The notes under the pieces were generated by a model. It searched no databases. It was given only the letters and a program-made list of their open reading frames with translations, and was not told where the DNA came from. A program made the position numbers and the translations under genes. A DNA stretch of 63,972 bases, taken from contig JARLJD010000021.1 in assembly GCA_031291395.1 (NCBI GenBank), positions 1 to 63,972 of the forward strand, written 5' to 3'. The stretch is from Alphaproteobacteria bacterium (GTDB lineage: Bacteria; Pseudomonadota; Alphaproteobacteria; UBA9219). This document shows positions 41,618 to 51,755 of the stretch, piece after piece (the first letter of the stretch is position 1; each line of letters begins with the position of its first letter).

Positions 41618-42646
41618 TTAGGCCGCCAGACGGATTGTCTTTGGTAATGCCCTCAAGATGCCGATGAGCTTGTCGACGCGTTGTTCCCAAGTGATGCAGG
41701 CATAAGGCTTGGCAGCGGCGTCGGCGTCTTTCAGCGCATGCGCGCACTCTTCCGCGCTGTCGATAAGGGTCAGGCTTTTTTGCATCAGAAGGGCTTGGGG
41801 AATAGCCGTTGTGATCACTTTCAGCCCTGCATTAAGACAATGATAATAACGCAAAGGGTCGATGTAACGCGTCAGCTCGATGCCCGTGTGGTAGGGAGCA
41901 AAAGTGACGGCATAGCGACCAAGGATGCAGGGCAGATCGTCCGACGTGTAGGCTCCATGATACTGAATATTCCCATGGTTCGCCGTCAGCGCCTCGACCT
42001 GCGCAAGCGTGGCGGAATGGGCGTCATAGACTTGCCCGTGGATATGAAAAATGTTCGCAGGGCAAGCTTCCGCCACCTGTTCCATCAAATCGAAGTCGAA
42101 GCGGTCGTCGAGGCTGGCGAGGATCAGCACCGCGCTCCGGTCAATTCCTTCATGCGACATGGGGCTGATATGCGAGGCATTGCCCAAATGCTGCGAGGCA
42201 GGAAACAATTCCTGCAAAGTCGGCGCGGCATGGACGATAAGGTCGGAAAACCATTGCATGACGCGAATGCCTATGACGGTGCGCAAACGCGCGAGTCCCG
42301 TATAATGATAACGCAGATCGTCATGCATATCGAGGCACCAGATCCCCCGCGGCGCTATCAGGCGCAAAAACGCGGTAATGAATGGGAACGAGGTGTTGGT
42401 CGTATTGAAGAAGACGTTAATCTTGCCGTCAGGCTTGAATCTGCGCAGGAAAGACAGCAACTCGACGAACGAGATGAGCGCTGTGTGGCCATCGGGATAC
42501 GTGAGCACAGGCTGCCGTTTGAGCCAGATATAATAGGTTTCGTAATCGCGGCGCAGCGCCGTGACGAGGGGAAGCCGGAAGTCGGTCGCGCTGTCGCGGC
42601 ACGTCAGAACGAAGAAACGGAAAGGTTTTTCAGGAGAGTCAAGCAC
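41618..42646 (-). CDS. Hypothetical protein of the polysaccharide locus (possible glycosyltransferase-like fold)
   Basis: 342 aa with no clear motif. It overlaps the flippase gene stop by 8 nt, so it is probably co-transcribed. Confidence 0.4.
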   Translation of the reverse strand: MLDSPEKPFRFFVLTCRDSATDFRLPLVTALRRDYETYYIWLKRQPVLTYPDGHTALISFVELLSFLRRFKPDGKINVFFNTTNTSFPFITAFLRLIAPRGIWCLDMHDDLRYHYTGLARLRTVIGIRVMQWFSDLIVHAAPTLQELFPASQHLGNASHISPMSHEGIDRSAVLILASLDDRFDFDLMEQVAEACPANIFHIHGQVYDAHSATLAQVEALTANHGNIQYHGAYTSDDLPCILGRYAVTFAPYHTGIELTRYIDPLRYYHCLNAGLKVITTAIPQALLMQKSLTLIDSAEECAHALKDADAAAKPYACITWEQRVDKLIGILRALPKTIRLAA

Positions 42647-44099
42647 GCGCCGTCCCTCCCCGAAGCATCGTAAAATAATATTTAAGCTGGCGCAGCGATG
42701 CTGGCCACAAGAGGCCGAGGAAAGGCACTACTGCTGTCCATAAGCCTAATTGTTGCCAGAAAAGCCCAATAGTCGCGGCCGCCCACCAAATGCCGGACAC
42801 CTTATAATCGGGCGATCCGGTCAGCCGCGCCATAGACAAGTGAATGACGACATAGCTTGCCAGAGCGCCAACCTCAGCCCAGCCATAGCCGATGACGCCG
42901 AATTTTTCGATAGCAAACCACGCCGTGACTGCGAACAAGGTCACATGGGCGATATGGAACAGGGCAACGTCCCAATTCTTGCGCAGCACATAAAGAACCG
43001 AGGAATGCGTATTGAACTGCGCATTGGTCAGGTAACTGAGGGCAAGGAACGGATAGATTTCCATAACAGGATCCCACCGCGGCCCGAAGATGAGCGGAAG
43101 AATGATTTTTCCGAACCAGCCGAAACCAAGAAGAATGGGCCCCAGCGCCAGCATTTGCATCTGCATGCCGTGGGTGACGGCTCCCACCAGTTTTTTCGGC
43201 TCATTCTGCACCTTGGCAAGCGCGGCAATAGACAGCCGCCATGTGATGGTTTTGACGAAAGAGAGCATCTCCAGCAAACGAATGCCAAGGCCGACCTGCC
43301 CAACGGCCTCGGCGCCCAGAAAATGCCCGACGATCAAGGGATTCACAAGGCTGCGCAGTTGCCACAGCCAATTAGCAGCCGTAAAGCCGAGCGTATAGCC
43401 GAGCATGCGGCGAACAATCGCCAGATTCCATGCGAGACGCGGCATATAGCCAGCCGCGATATGCGAGGCGATGCACAAAAAAGCCTGCTGTGCGCACCAG
43501 CCTGCCACCAGCGACCACGCGCCGAAATGCATGAACACCATCGGAATGGCGATCAGATAATAAAGGATTTGCCCGCTCATCTCTATCATGGCGATGCGGC
43601 GGAAATCCAGCGCGCGCTCAAGCTGGGCGGTTGCGCCGACGGCGACCGTCTGGAAAATCAGCGCGCCGCCCAGCACTGCCAAAAACGGCTTAAAGCCCTC
43701 CACATGAACCCACCTGCCGATAAGATCCAGCGAAATTTCTGTCCCGGCCAACATAAGAAGAGCGCCCGCCAGCAGTAAAGTCGTGGCAATATGATAATCG
43801 TGTTTTGTGATCTGCGGCGCGCGCACCAGATAAACGCCGATTCCCGCCTGTCCCAAATTCTGGATGTACTGATAAATCCCCAGCGCAGCGGCATAGGCTC
43901 CGTAGCGTTCGGGGCCGATGATGCGGGTGATCATCAGCACGCCAATCAGGCTCAGCCCCATGGAAATGATTTCGCGGCCAACAAGGAAAACGCCGCCTTT
44001 CAGGACGCGTTCTTTCAGCCCTTGTTCCCTCGCGATAACGGGCGCAGCTTCCTCCAGCGAAGGGGCGGTTTCAGGCGCTTGTGATTGATCGCCGATCAT
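42639..44099 (-). CDS. Polysaccharide/oligosaccharide flippase (Wzx-like, MOP superfamily)
   Basis: 486 aa with about 12-14 hydrophobic segments, in a polysaccharide gene context. Confidence 0.65.
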   Translation of the reverse strand: MIGDQSQAPETAPSLEEAAPVIAREQGLKERVLKGGVFLVGREIISMGLSLIGVLMITRIIGPERYGAYAAALGIYQYIQNLGQAGIGVYLVRAPQITKHDYHIATTLLLAGALLMLAGTEISLDLIGRWVHVEGFKPFLAVLGGALIFQTVAVGATAQLERALDFRRIAMIEMSGQILYYLIAIPMVFMHFGAWSLVAGWCAQQAFLCIASHIAAGYMPRLAWNLAIVRRMLGYTLGFTAANWLWQLRSLVNPLIVGHFLGAEAVGQVGLGIRLLEMLSFVKTITWRLSIAALAKVQNEPKKLVGAVTHGMQMQMLALGPILLGFGWFGKIILPLIFGPRWDPVMEIYPFLALSYLTNAQFNTHSSVLYVLRKNWDVALFHIAHVTLFAVTAWFAIEKFGVIGYGWAEVGALASYVVIHLSMARLTGSPDYKVSGIWWAAATIGLFWQQLGLWTAVVPFLGLLWPASLRQLKYYFTMLRGGTARA

Positions 44100-44104
44100 G
44101 ATTT

Positions 44105-45433
44105 TCAGGAACGTTCCGGCAGGGTAGCCAGAACCTTCAAGCCTAACATGCGCTCGACGCTCTCGGCCGAGATAAGCGTCTGGCGAAACACCAGCGCATA
44201 AACAAGGATTGCCCCCGAACCCAGCGTTCCCAAAATCATGCCCACCAGCGCATACAGCAAACGGCGCGGCTTGGTTGGAATGGTCGAGGCGTTGGGTTTC
44301 TCGAACACGTCGACGCTGACAAACTTCTGGCGATCCAGTTGTTCATTGGTCATGGCTTGCTCATAGCTTGCGCGGCTGGTGCGCACGAGACCATCGAGCG
44401 TATCATGCTCGCGTTCCAGCGACTCTAGTGTGCGGGCTACCTCTTCCATCGATTTCTGGCGGGCATCCATATTGTCGAGCGTTGCTTTTTGCAAAGCGAT
44501 TTGCTGGTCGAGAGCCGAGGCATCGGCCTGAGCCGTCTGCAACTTCAAAACGGCATCGTCGTAAACAGGGTCGACATAGGCCGGATCCTGCTTCTTCCAG
44601 TCATGAACGGTCGCCACGCTCAGCTTCTTTTCGCCTGTGCCGCTTTCTTCCTTAATCGAAAAAGGACTGAGTTCCTTGAGCCGTTGCGTATAGAAATCCT
44701 CACGACCATGCTGATCCAGCGCGCGGGTTTCAAGGGAACGCAAGGTCTCTGCCACAACAGAACGATCCTGAATTAACTGCGCGCGTTGCGCGGCGACGTC
44801 GTAAATCTTCTGCGACTGGCGCAACGCGGTAATCCTCTTCGTCACAGCGTCCAATTGATCCTGATAATCCTTGGTTTTCTGCTCAAGAAATTCGGGACGG
44901 TTGTCGCTGTACAAAGTTGTGTGTTTTTCCTGATAGATTTGCAGCAGGTCATTCAGCGCTTCGATCGCCACGTCGCGGTTTTGATTCAAAAAGCTTACTG
45001 TGATCACTTCCGACATCATAGCGGTATCTGTTTTCAGCGCCTTTTTGAACTGTTGAATGGCCTCGTCGATCGGGCGCGGGCCGGATGCGCCTTGATTGGC
45101 GAGCGCGGGGTAAAGCTTGTTCAAACCAACGCGACCGATGGTCTCCTCGATTAGGTCGTTGCTGGACAGGATTTCCAGTTCCGAATTCATGATTTCCTGT
45201 TTGGTGAGGTACGGCTCGACCGCAGCGGATTGGCCGGGGTCGGGACGGCTTTGGAATTCGCGGCCGCTTTTAATCAAAAGCTCGGCATTCGCTTCATATT
45301 TCGGCGGCGACAGGAAAGACAGCCCCAGCACAAGCGCAAACAAACCAAAAAAGGTAATGAGCACAATGCGATGCTCTTTGAAAACAATACTCAAAAATTC
45401 ACGCTTCTTAAGTGGGGATGTGTACATAGCCAA
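44105..45433 (-). CDS. Polysaccharide chain-length determinant (Wzz/PCP family, no kinase domain)
   Basis: N-terminal Wzz motif (TM then PKYEANAELLIK), a long coiled-coil periplasmic region and a C-terminal TM (LLYALVGMILGTLGSGAILVYALVF). Confidence 0.75.
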   Translation of the reverse strand: MAMYTSPLKKREFLSIVFKEHRIVLITFFGLFALVLGLSFLSPPKYEANAELLIKSGREFQSRPDPGQSAAVEPYLTKQEIMNSELEILSSNDLIEETIGRVGLNKLYPALANQGASGPRPIDEAIQQFKKALKTDTAMMSEVITVSFLNQNRDVAIEALNDLLQIYQEKHTTLYSDNRPEFLEQKTKDYQDQLDAVTKRITALRQSQKIYDVAAQRAQLIQDRSVVAETLRSLETRALDQHGREDFYTQRLKELSPFSIKEESGTGEKKLSVATVHDWKKQDPAYVDPVYDDAVLKLQTAQADASALDQQIALQKATLDNMDARQKSMEEVARTLESLEREHDTLDGLVRTSRASYEQAMTNEQLDRQKFVSVDVFEKPNASTIPTKPRRLLYALVGMILGTLGSGAILVYALVFRQTLISAESVERMLGLKVLATLPERS

Positions 45434-45498
45434 AGTCCAAATTATTAAATGTCAACGAATTACGCAATAAAACCATAATTTACCGCCTAGTGCCAGCA

Positions 45499-45524
45499 AA
45501 ATAAATACTTGCAAGTATTTATTT
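45499..45524. promoter_or_regulatory. Perfect 26-bp palindrome in the divergent promoter region of the polysaccharide locus
   Basis: AAATAAATACTTG|CAAGTATTTATTT lies in the AT-rich gap between the Wzz-like (-) and WecB/TagA-like (+) genes. Confidence 0.4.
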
Positions 45525-45637
45525 CCATAGCTTGTACGCGCCATACGCTGGTATTGTAATAACGGTCGCTTTTATATTCATATGAGCTTCTGTCCGGTGG
45601 CTATATCCTGATTATAACAGGGGAATTTTTATAAAAT

Positions 45638-46384
45638 ATGAGCCTTGATAAAAAGATCATCTTAGGAATCCCGACTCTCTCGGTGACGACTGGCGAAGGC
45701 ATCCGTCTGCTTAACCAGAAAGTGCAGGAAGGCCAAAAAACTATGGTCGGTTTCCTGAATGCGCACACGGCGTTCATTGCGGCTAAAAGCAAAGATGTTT
45801 CCTCTGTTTTACAAAGATTCACCATCTTCAATGATGGCCTTGGCATCGATATCGCAAGTTGGTTGAAATACGGCACCGCCTTTTCCGATAATTTGAACGG
45901 CACGGATTTCACGCCGCTTTACCTTGCCAAATCAACCAACCGCTTCCGTATTTTTTTGTTGGGAGCCCGCGCCGAAGTGGTCGAGAAAGCCGCGCAATAT
46001 CTGACCGAAACCTATCCGCAGCATCGAGTGGTCGGTTTTTGCGATGGTTATTCGCATTGCGACGAAACGCTGCCGGAGCGTATCCGCCATACGGAAGCCG
46101 ACCTTATTCTCGTCGCTATGGGCAATCCTCTGCAGGAATTATGGGTGGCAGAAAATTTTGAGAAAACCGACGCCGTCATGGCGATGTGTGTCGGCGCCTT
46201 GTTCGATTTCTTTGCCGGACGCATGCCGCGCGCGCCGCGGTTGCTGCAAAGGCTGCGGTGCGAATGGCTGTTCCGCCTGTGTTGCGAGCCGCGGCGTTTG
46301 TGGGGACGCTACACCGCCGAGAGTCTGCTCTTTCTTCTCTATGCGCTTTGGGACGGCGTCAAATACCGGCTTTTGCACCGCTGA
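45638..46384 (+). CDS. WecB/TagA/CpsF-family glycosyltransferase
   Basis: NAHT, NDGLGID, IFLLGA, LILVAMGNPLQELW, VGALFDFFAG..PRAP and WLFRL..EPRRLW are the family motifs. Confidence 0.85.
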   Translation: MSLDKKIILGIPTLSVTTGEGIRLLNQKVQEGQKTMVGFLNAHTAFIAAKSKDVSSVLQRFTIFNDGLGIDIASWLKYGTAFSDNLNGTDFTPLYLAKSTNRFRIFLLGARAEVVEKAAQYLTETYPQHRVVGFCDGYSHCDETLPERIRHTEADLILVAMGNPLQELWVAENFEKTDAVMAMCVGALFDFFAGRMPRAPRLLQRLRCEWLFRLCCEPRRLWGRYTAESLLFLLYALWDGVKYRLLHR

Positions 46385-46407
46385 CTATTATTTGAGTCCG
46401 GCCCCCA

Positions 46408-47508
46408 CTAAATGCCGATCGATCGATAGGCTTTCGCGACGCCTGCCGCCATTATGTAATCAGAATAGAAATCGCGTTGGCGCGCATGGCAGCGCTCTGC
46501 CCATGCGCGCATATCAATGTTGCCCGTGATGACGGTGGCGAGCGCATGAGTTAGCGCAGGGATATCGCCTGCCGGGACGACGGCTTCGGCAGCGACAGGC
46601 TCCAGAACTTCTGGAATGCCCTCAACCCTTGTGCCGATAACCGGCAGGCCGGACGCCATCGCCTCAATCATGACCATCGGCAGTCCTTCGCCACACAGGC
46701 TTGGCACCACCAGCATATCCATTGCCGCAAATTCTGCCTTCATGTCGCTCGCGAAGCCAGTCCAGTCGATGGCTTCGTTCAGCCCCAACCGATCGGCCTG
46801 CGTTTTGACCTGATGTTCATAGACGGGGTCTTCGAATTTTCCGACTGCGCGCAACCGTGTCCCCAAGCCTTGATGGCGCAGATTGGCGAGCGCTTGCAGA
46901 AGGATTTCGATGCCTTTACGCGGACGGAACAGGGCGGCAATTCCTAACGTCCAAATGCCTCGCGGCGGTTGCCATGTGCAGACGTCGCTGACGACAGGAA
47001 CGCCGTTCGGAACCAAAGCAACCTTGTGTTCGGGATGCCCCGACTCCAGCAATTTGTTTTGCAGGCTTTGCGATACGGCAATCAGTTTCTGGGCACGCTT
47101 AACGCAGGAATGCTCGACCTGAGCATTGACGATATTGCGTATGATGCCGGAGGTATCCTGAGATGCCGGGCTGTGGATGTGACAGATGACAGGGCGCTTG
47201 GTCAGTCGCGCCGCCAAACGCCCTGCCAGCGCCGATCGCGGCGTATGCGTATGGATGGCGTCATATCGTCCGGCCTCGATTAAGGCGGCAAGACGTCTGC
47301 CGATGCTTATGTCCATGCGCGATCCCATCGGCACGATCTCCAGCGGCGTTGCGCGGTTGTGGCGCTTTGCGGAAAAAGCCCCCTCCTTCAGGCAGGCGAA
47401 ACCGAGATCGTAGCCGAGTTCAGGCAATCGTGCGGCGAGCAAATCCTGCACACGCTCGGCTCCGGCGTAGAATTCTCCGTTGATAATATGCAGAATCTTT
47501 GCGGCCAT
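46408..47508 (-). CDS. Glycosyltransferase family 4 (GT-B)
   Basis: N-terminal AAKILHIINGEFYAGAERV and the C-terminal EX7E region VVPSLCGEGLPMVMIEAMASGLPVIGT. Confidence 0.85.
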   Translation of the reverse strand: MAAKILHIINGEFYAGAERVQDLLAARLPELGYDLGFACLKEGAFSAKRHNRATPLEIVPMGSRMDISIGRRLAALIEAGRYDAIHTHTPRSALAGRLAARLTKRPVICHIHSPASQDTSGIIRNIVNAQVEHSCVKRAQKLIAVSQSLQNKLLESGHPEHKVALVPNGVPVVSDVCTWQPPRGIWTLGIAALFRPRKGIEILLQALANLRHQGLGTRLRAVGKFEDPVYEHQVKTQADRLGLNEAIDWTGFASDMKAEFAAMDMLVVPSLCGEGLPMVMIEAMASGLPVIGTRVEGIPEVLEPVAAEAVVPAGDIPALTHALATVITGNIDMRAWAERCHARQRDFYSDYIMAAGVAKAYRSIGI

Positions 47509-47526
47509 GCTATACGGTGCCTTCTG

Positions 47527-49113
47527 CTAGAATGCGTGTTCGCGTTTTAAAAGCGTCGGCACCGTTTTAAGCATGATGACGATGTCTAGCCACAGGCTCC
47601 AATTGCGCGCGTACCACGCTTCGAGATTGACGCGTTCCTTAAACGTCAGATGATTGCGTCCGCTGACCTGCCACGGGCCGGTGATGCCGGGACGCACGGA
47701 TTCATAGAAGCTGAAATCATCGGCATAAAGACTTTCCTGTCCCGGCATGCAGGGGCGCGGGCCGACGAGGCTCATATCGCCTTTCAGTACGTTGATCAGC
47801 TGCGGCAATTCGTCGATGCTCGTGCGGCGGATAAAGTGGCCAAACGGCGTCACGCGCACATCGTTTTTCAGCTTCTGATACTTATTCCATTCTTCGGCCG
47901 CGTCAGGATTTTCTTGCAGATAGCGATCTAGAACCTGCTCGGCGTCGGCGCGCATCGAACGGAATTTATAGCATTTAAAGAAGCGTCCGTTCTGCCCGAC
48001 CCGCTCTTGATTGAAGAAAGCCGTGCCGCCGTCGCGGCGAACGGCAAGGGCAACGATGACAAAAAGCGGCGACAGAACAAGCAGCGCCATGCCCGCCAGA
48101 ACGATATCGACCAAACGCTTGATGAAGCGCGGCAAAGGAAGTTTTAACCTGTTGGTGTCGTGCAACATCATGACGTCCTGCATCATAAAGTGATGCGGCG
48201 TGAGCGTGCTGGAGGGCAGTCCCTGCCACGGCGGAATAATTGAGCACGGAACGCGCGCGCGCGGGAGGGATTTCAGCGCGGCCTGATAGCGTTCGATCTC
48301 ACTGCCTTCGAGCGCCAGAAAAATATAATGCGCATCCTGCAGCATCAAAACCTGTTTCCATGCGCTGGTTTTCGTCATGTCCGACAGGACAGTCGGCGGC
48401 AAAATATCGACGATTGCAAAGCCGACGTGACGGTCGCGCGACAAGGCTCTCAGTGCGGCTTCAGCTGTCGGCCCTTCGCCGATAATGATGGCGGGAATGC
48501 GCCACGCCCCAGTTCTTTCCAATCGAGAGCGAACGAAGCTGCGTCCCGCCAAGGAGAAGAAGGCGAAAAGCATCCAGCCGAAAGCGACCCACAGGCGCGA
48601 ACTATTGCTGCGCGCCGCAAATTCAATAAATCCGCTGGCAACAAAACCGACGCTTGCGACGCCAAGGATATTGCCCACCGATTCCCAATAAGGCAGACGC
48701 TGGCGGTAATGACCGCGGCTATCGAGCCACAAAATCGCGGAAAGGCTAATCGTCCAGAAAACAAAGTCTTGTTGCAGCGTAACAAAGCTGAATAAATCCT
48801 GAGAGGGGCCAGCATCCATTAACTCATGCCACGCCCATACAAAGGCCGCTCCGCCGAAAAAAGAAAGAACCAAAGCAAAAACATCCGCGGTCAGAAGCCA
48901 AAGACCCGTCGCGCGCATGCGGCTGGCAAAATCCGGAAAGCTCTGAGGCGCTGTCGATACGCCGCTTCGTAACCCCGCGCGTTTTTTATAAGCGGGTTGA
49001 ATTCTGGCGGCAACAGAAGCCGTGTCAGCATAAATTTGAAGCATAAAATTACAAAATGCAGGTTTAAAATATTTGCCGAAAACGGATGAGGGTACCCATT
49101 CGTTTGTGTACAA
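47527..49113 (-). CDS. Undecaprenyl-phosphate sugar phosphotransferase (WbaP/ExoY-like priming transferase)
   Basis: N-terminal TM block and C-terminal bacterial sugar transferase domain ([42 protein letters not shown]). The exact start is uncertain. Confidence 0.85.
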   Translation of the reverse strand: MYTNEWVPSSVFGKYFKPAFCNFMLQIYADTASVAARIQPAYKKRAGLRSGVSTAPQSFPDFASRMRATGLWLLTADVFALVLSFFGGAAFVWAWHELMDAGPSQDLFSFVTLQQDFVFWTISLSAILWLDSRGHYRQRLPYWESVGNILGVASVGFVASGFIEFAARSNSSRLWVAFGWMLFAFFSLAGRSFVRSRLERTGAWRIPAIIIGEGPTAEAALRALSRDRHVGFAIVDILPPTVLSDMTKTSAWKQVLMLQDAHYIFLALEGSEIERYQAALKSLPRARVPCSIIPPWQGLPSSTLTPHHFMMQDVMMLHDTNRLKLPLPRFIKRLVDIVLAGMALLVLSPLFVIVALAVRRDGGTAFFNQERVGQNGRFFKCYKFRSMRADAEQVLDRYLQENPDAAEEWNKYQKLKNDVRVTPFGHFIRRTSIDELPQLINVLKGDMSLVGPRPCMPGQESLYADDFSFYESVRPGITGPWQVSGRNHLTFKERVNLEAWYARNWSLWLDIVIMLKTVPTLLKREHAF

Positions 49114-49248
49114 GAGTATAGTTTATTATGGCGAAACTAAATATCTTATTTTAACGGCGCGCAACTTCAAATTTTCGCCGCTTCGATTAATGAAAACAAA
49201 CACCGAATAACTAATTGATAAACATACAAATAATGCAATGCCTGTCAG

Positions 49249-50208
49249 CTATTTGCTTGCCGGAGGGCTGAAAAAATCCATTGTTCGTAACAGCCTTCGC
49301 ATGGCCTTATCCAAAACCATTGTCGGGGAAAACATCATGCGTTTGCCGTCAACAAGGCATTTGTCGCCCCATGCCGACAGGTGGTGGAAGCCGTGAGGGT
49401 TCTTTCCATGCGCGGGTTGTATTTGGGTTGCCTCTTCTTCCCGGAAGGATTCAATCGAGCACTCTGTGATGCGCATAATGCGAAGCGCGCCGCCGTAGCG
49501 TTTGGTGCAATCCTGCGCGGGGCGATAAAGTTTCCCATCCTTACGAAAGGGCGTTCCCCCGCAACGTGAGTGCTGAAGCCCGCGTATGACGGGATTGGCT
49601 GCGTGCGGACGCCACGACCCTGTAAGGCTTGAGGCATAAATCAAATTAAGGTTATCCCAAGCGCCAAGGTTCGCATCGGTATAGGCGATCCAGAAATATC
49701 CGCCTTCTTCAAAAATAACGCTGTCTGCCGCGGCAACGCCTGATAAAGGCGTGGCAATCTTTTTCCAGCGCTGCTCTGTCTCTTTCCAACAGAAAATGGA
49801 AAGTTCCTGTGCGGCGGCGGATTCCGGCATGGCGTAGACTTCGCCTTCATGCATAAACAGGAAAGGAAAGGAAAGGTGACAGGAAAATGAGAAATTTTGC
49901 TCAGCTTCAGAGATAATGCGCCCGTTTTTAATCCCGAGCCTGTGGATGGAGCCAACAGAGGTGGCAAAGTCATAATTTTCACACAAGATAATATCGGAGC
50001 GCCCGGGCCAAGGAAAGGGATCGGCCAGATACCGCACTTTGAATCTCGAAGACAACCACCGGACAGGAGGGCACACCGTCCAATCAAGCGCATTGGCAAT
50101 CGGCTGATCGACGATGCCGATCATCCAGTTTTCGTGTAGAAAGATCGCAACGAGTTTAAGCCATAGCTGTTTGATGAAGATTTTCACACGAAGCCCCTTA
50201 GGGAACAA
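49249..50208 (-). CDS. Hypothetical protein at the edge of the polysaccharide locus
   Basis: 319 aa containing YLADPFPW and a beta-propeller-like repetitive aromatic pattern. Assignment is not secure. Confidence 0.4.
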   Translation of the reverse strand: MFPKGLRVKIFIKQLWLKLVAIFLHENWMIGIVDQPIANALDWTVCPPVRWLSSRFKVRYLADPFPWPGRSDIILCENYDFATSVGSIHRLGIKNGRIISEAEQNFSFSCHLSFPFLFMHEGEVYAMPESAAAQELSIFCWKETEQRWKKIATPLSGVAAADSVIFEEGGYFWIAYTDANLGAWDNLNLIYASSLTGSWRPHAANPVIRGLQHSRCGGTPFRKDGKLYRPAQDCTKRYGGALRIMRITECSIESFREEEATQIQPAHGKNPHGFHHLSAWGDKCLVDGKRMMFSPTMVLDKAMRRLLRTMDFFSPPASK

Positions 50209-50510
50209 AAAACGACGCAGTAAGCAATTTTATGGCTACACCATTTTCCGCGGTTATTCAATTTAGCTGCTTTATTTGCAAAACGATTCTGTAAAAACGG
50301 CTACATTGATTTTCCTTCCTCCCTCCCCCTAAACCGCAAGATAAATGGTTGGGGACACCAAACAAAACACGATCTTCTTCCAACTTGTTTTTCCTATACG
50401 GCCTGACAAATGCCGATTGAAGTGGATTCCGTGATTATTTTCTGTGTAAAGTCGATCCTTGATCCTATGCTTGTGTCCCCTGCCCCCAAGTCTTCCCAAG
50501 GAGATTCCCC

Positions 50511-51587
50511 ATGAGCGACCATCCCCAGCGCCGTTTGTCTATCGGAGATCGGCTTCCGCCTTATCTCGGTTTTACGGACAAGGGTTCGCTTTACACTTCC
50601 GAGGATCAGACCGGACGAACGGTCGTATTGATTCTGGCGAAGAATATGGGCTCGGCGGAACTCACGCCGCTGCTGGCCGCTTTCTCGGCGCATGTCGATG
50701 CTTTTGCGGCGCTGGGAGCCGATGTGGCGGCCTTGATCGGCGACACGGCGGAAAATGTTTTTGAATTCAGTATGGCGCATCCCGGGCGCGTTCCGTTGGT
50801 CGGCTCTTTGAACCATTTCAATTTTCCGGAACATGTCAGCTTCGACAGCGAAACGCCGGTAGTTTTCGTAGCCGACCGCAACATGCGCCTTGCCGGACGT
50901 TTCGACTCAGGCGAGCCGGAGCAAATCGTCGGCGCGGCTTTGGCTGCGATCAAAAACCTGCCGAATGAGCCTGCGCGCGACGTGATCCTTCCTGCGCCCG
51001 TTCTGGTTCTGCCCAACCTGATCGACCGCGACATGTGCCGCGAGTTGATCGCCCTTCATACAACAGGCCCCACCGCGGAAAGCTCTACCGTCATCCTCGG
51101 CGGCGACGGCAAGACGCGCATCAAGGTCAAGCCCGAAGCCAAGATACGTCAGGATTTTCTTATCAAGCGCGACCATCCCATGCATTCGCGGATCATGGAA
51201 ATCCTGAGGCAGCGTTGCTTTCCTGAAATCAAACGCGCGTTTCAGGCCGAGATGACGCATACCGATATTTTCCTTGTCGCCTGCTATCCGGGCGGCGGCG
51301 GGCATTTCAGTCGGCACCGCGACAATCGCCCTAAAGCCGTCGCCTTCCGCCGCTTCGCGCTGTCGATCAACCTGACCGTGGCCGAGGAAGGCTACGAGGG
51401 CGGCTTTTTGATGCTTCCCGAATTCAGCCAAAACCATTACCGCATCCCGACCGGCGGCGGCATCATCTTCTCCGTCGCCCTGATGCACGAAATCACGCCG
51501 GTTCTCAAAGGCAACCGCTACGTCCTCGTCACGCATTTGTTCGACGCGCAGGGAGAAATTGAACGAAGAGCGGTCGAGGGGGAGTGA
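50511..51587 (+). CDS. Two-domain protein: redoxin-like N-terminus without obvious Cys, plus 2OG-Fe(II) oxygenase C-terminus
   Basis: The C-terminal half carries an H-x-D...H pattern (FSRHRDN ... ALMHEITPV..G.RY). The N-terminal about 150 aa resembles an AhpC/TSA-type fold (LPPYLGFTDKGSLYTSEDQTGRTVVLIL). Confidence 0.65.
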   Translation: MSDHPQRRLSIGDRLPPYLGFTDKGSLYTSEDQTGRTVVLILAKNMGSAELTPLLAAFSAHVDAFAALGADVAALIGDTAENVFEFSMAHPGRVPLVGSLNHFNFPEHVSFDSETPVVFVADRNMRLAGRFDSGEPEQIVGAALAAIKNLPNEPARDVILPAPVLVLPNLIDRDMCRELIALHTTGPTAESSTVILGGDGKTRIKVKPEAKIRQDFLIKRDHPMHSRIMEILRQRCFPEIKRAFQAEMTHTDIFLVACYPGGGGHFSRHRDNRPKAVAFRRFALSINLTVAEEGYEGGFLMLPEFSQNHYRIPTGGGIIFSVALMHEITPVLKGNRYVLVTHLFDAQGEIERRAVEGE

Positions 51588-51642
51588 GAGACAAAGCCGC
51601 ACATTTCTTGGTTATATTGTGGGTCAGCAGGATTATGCTTTT

Positions 51643-51712
51643 CGTAGGAGCGGCTTCCAGCCGCGACTGTTGACATAATAACAAGAGGTCGCGGCTGGAA
51701 GCCGCTCCTACG
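51643..51712. repeat. Family B REPIN-like repeat, copy B6
   Basis: Perfect 25-nt inverted arms with spacer TGTTGACATAATAACAAGAG. The right flank is conserved with B3. Confidence 0.9.
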
Positions 51713-51755
51713 AGAAAGCGCAATTTTCGGTGTGTCGCAGTATAGAAGCACAGTC

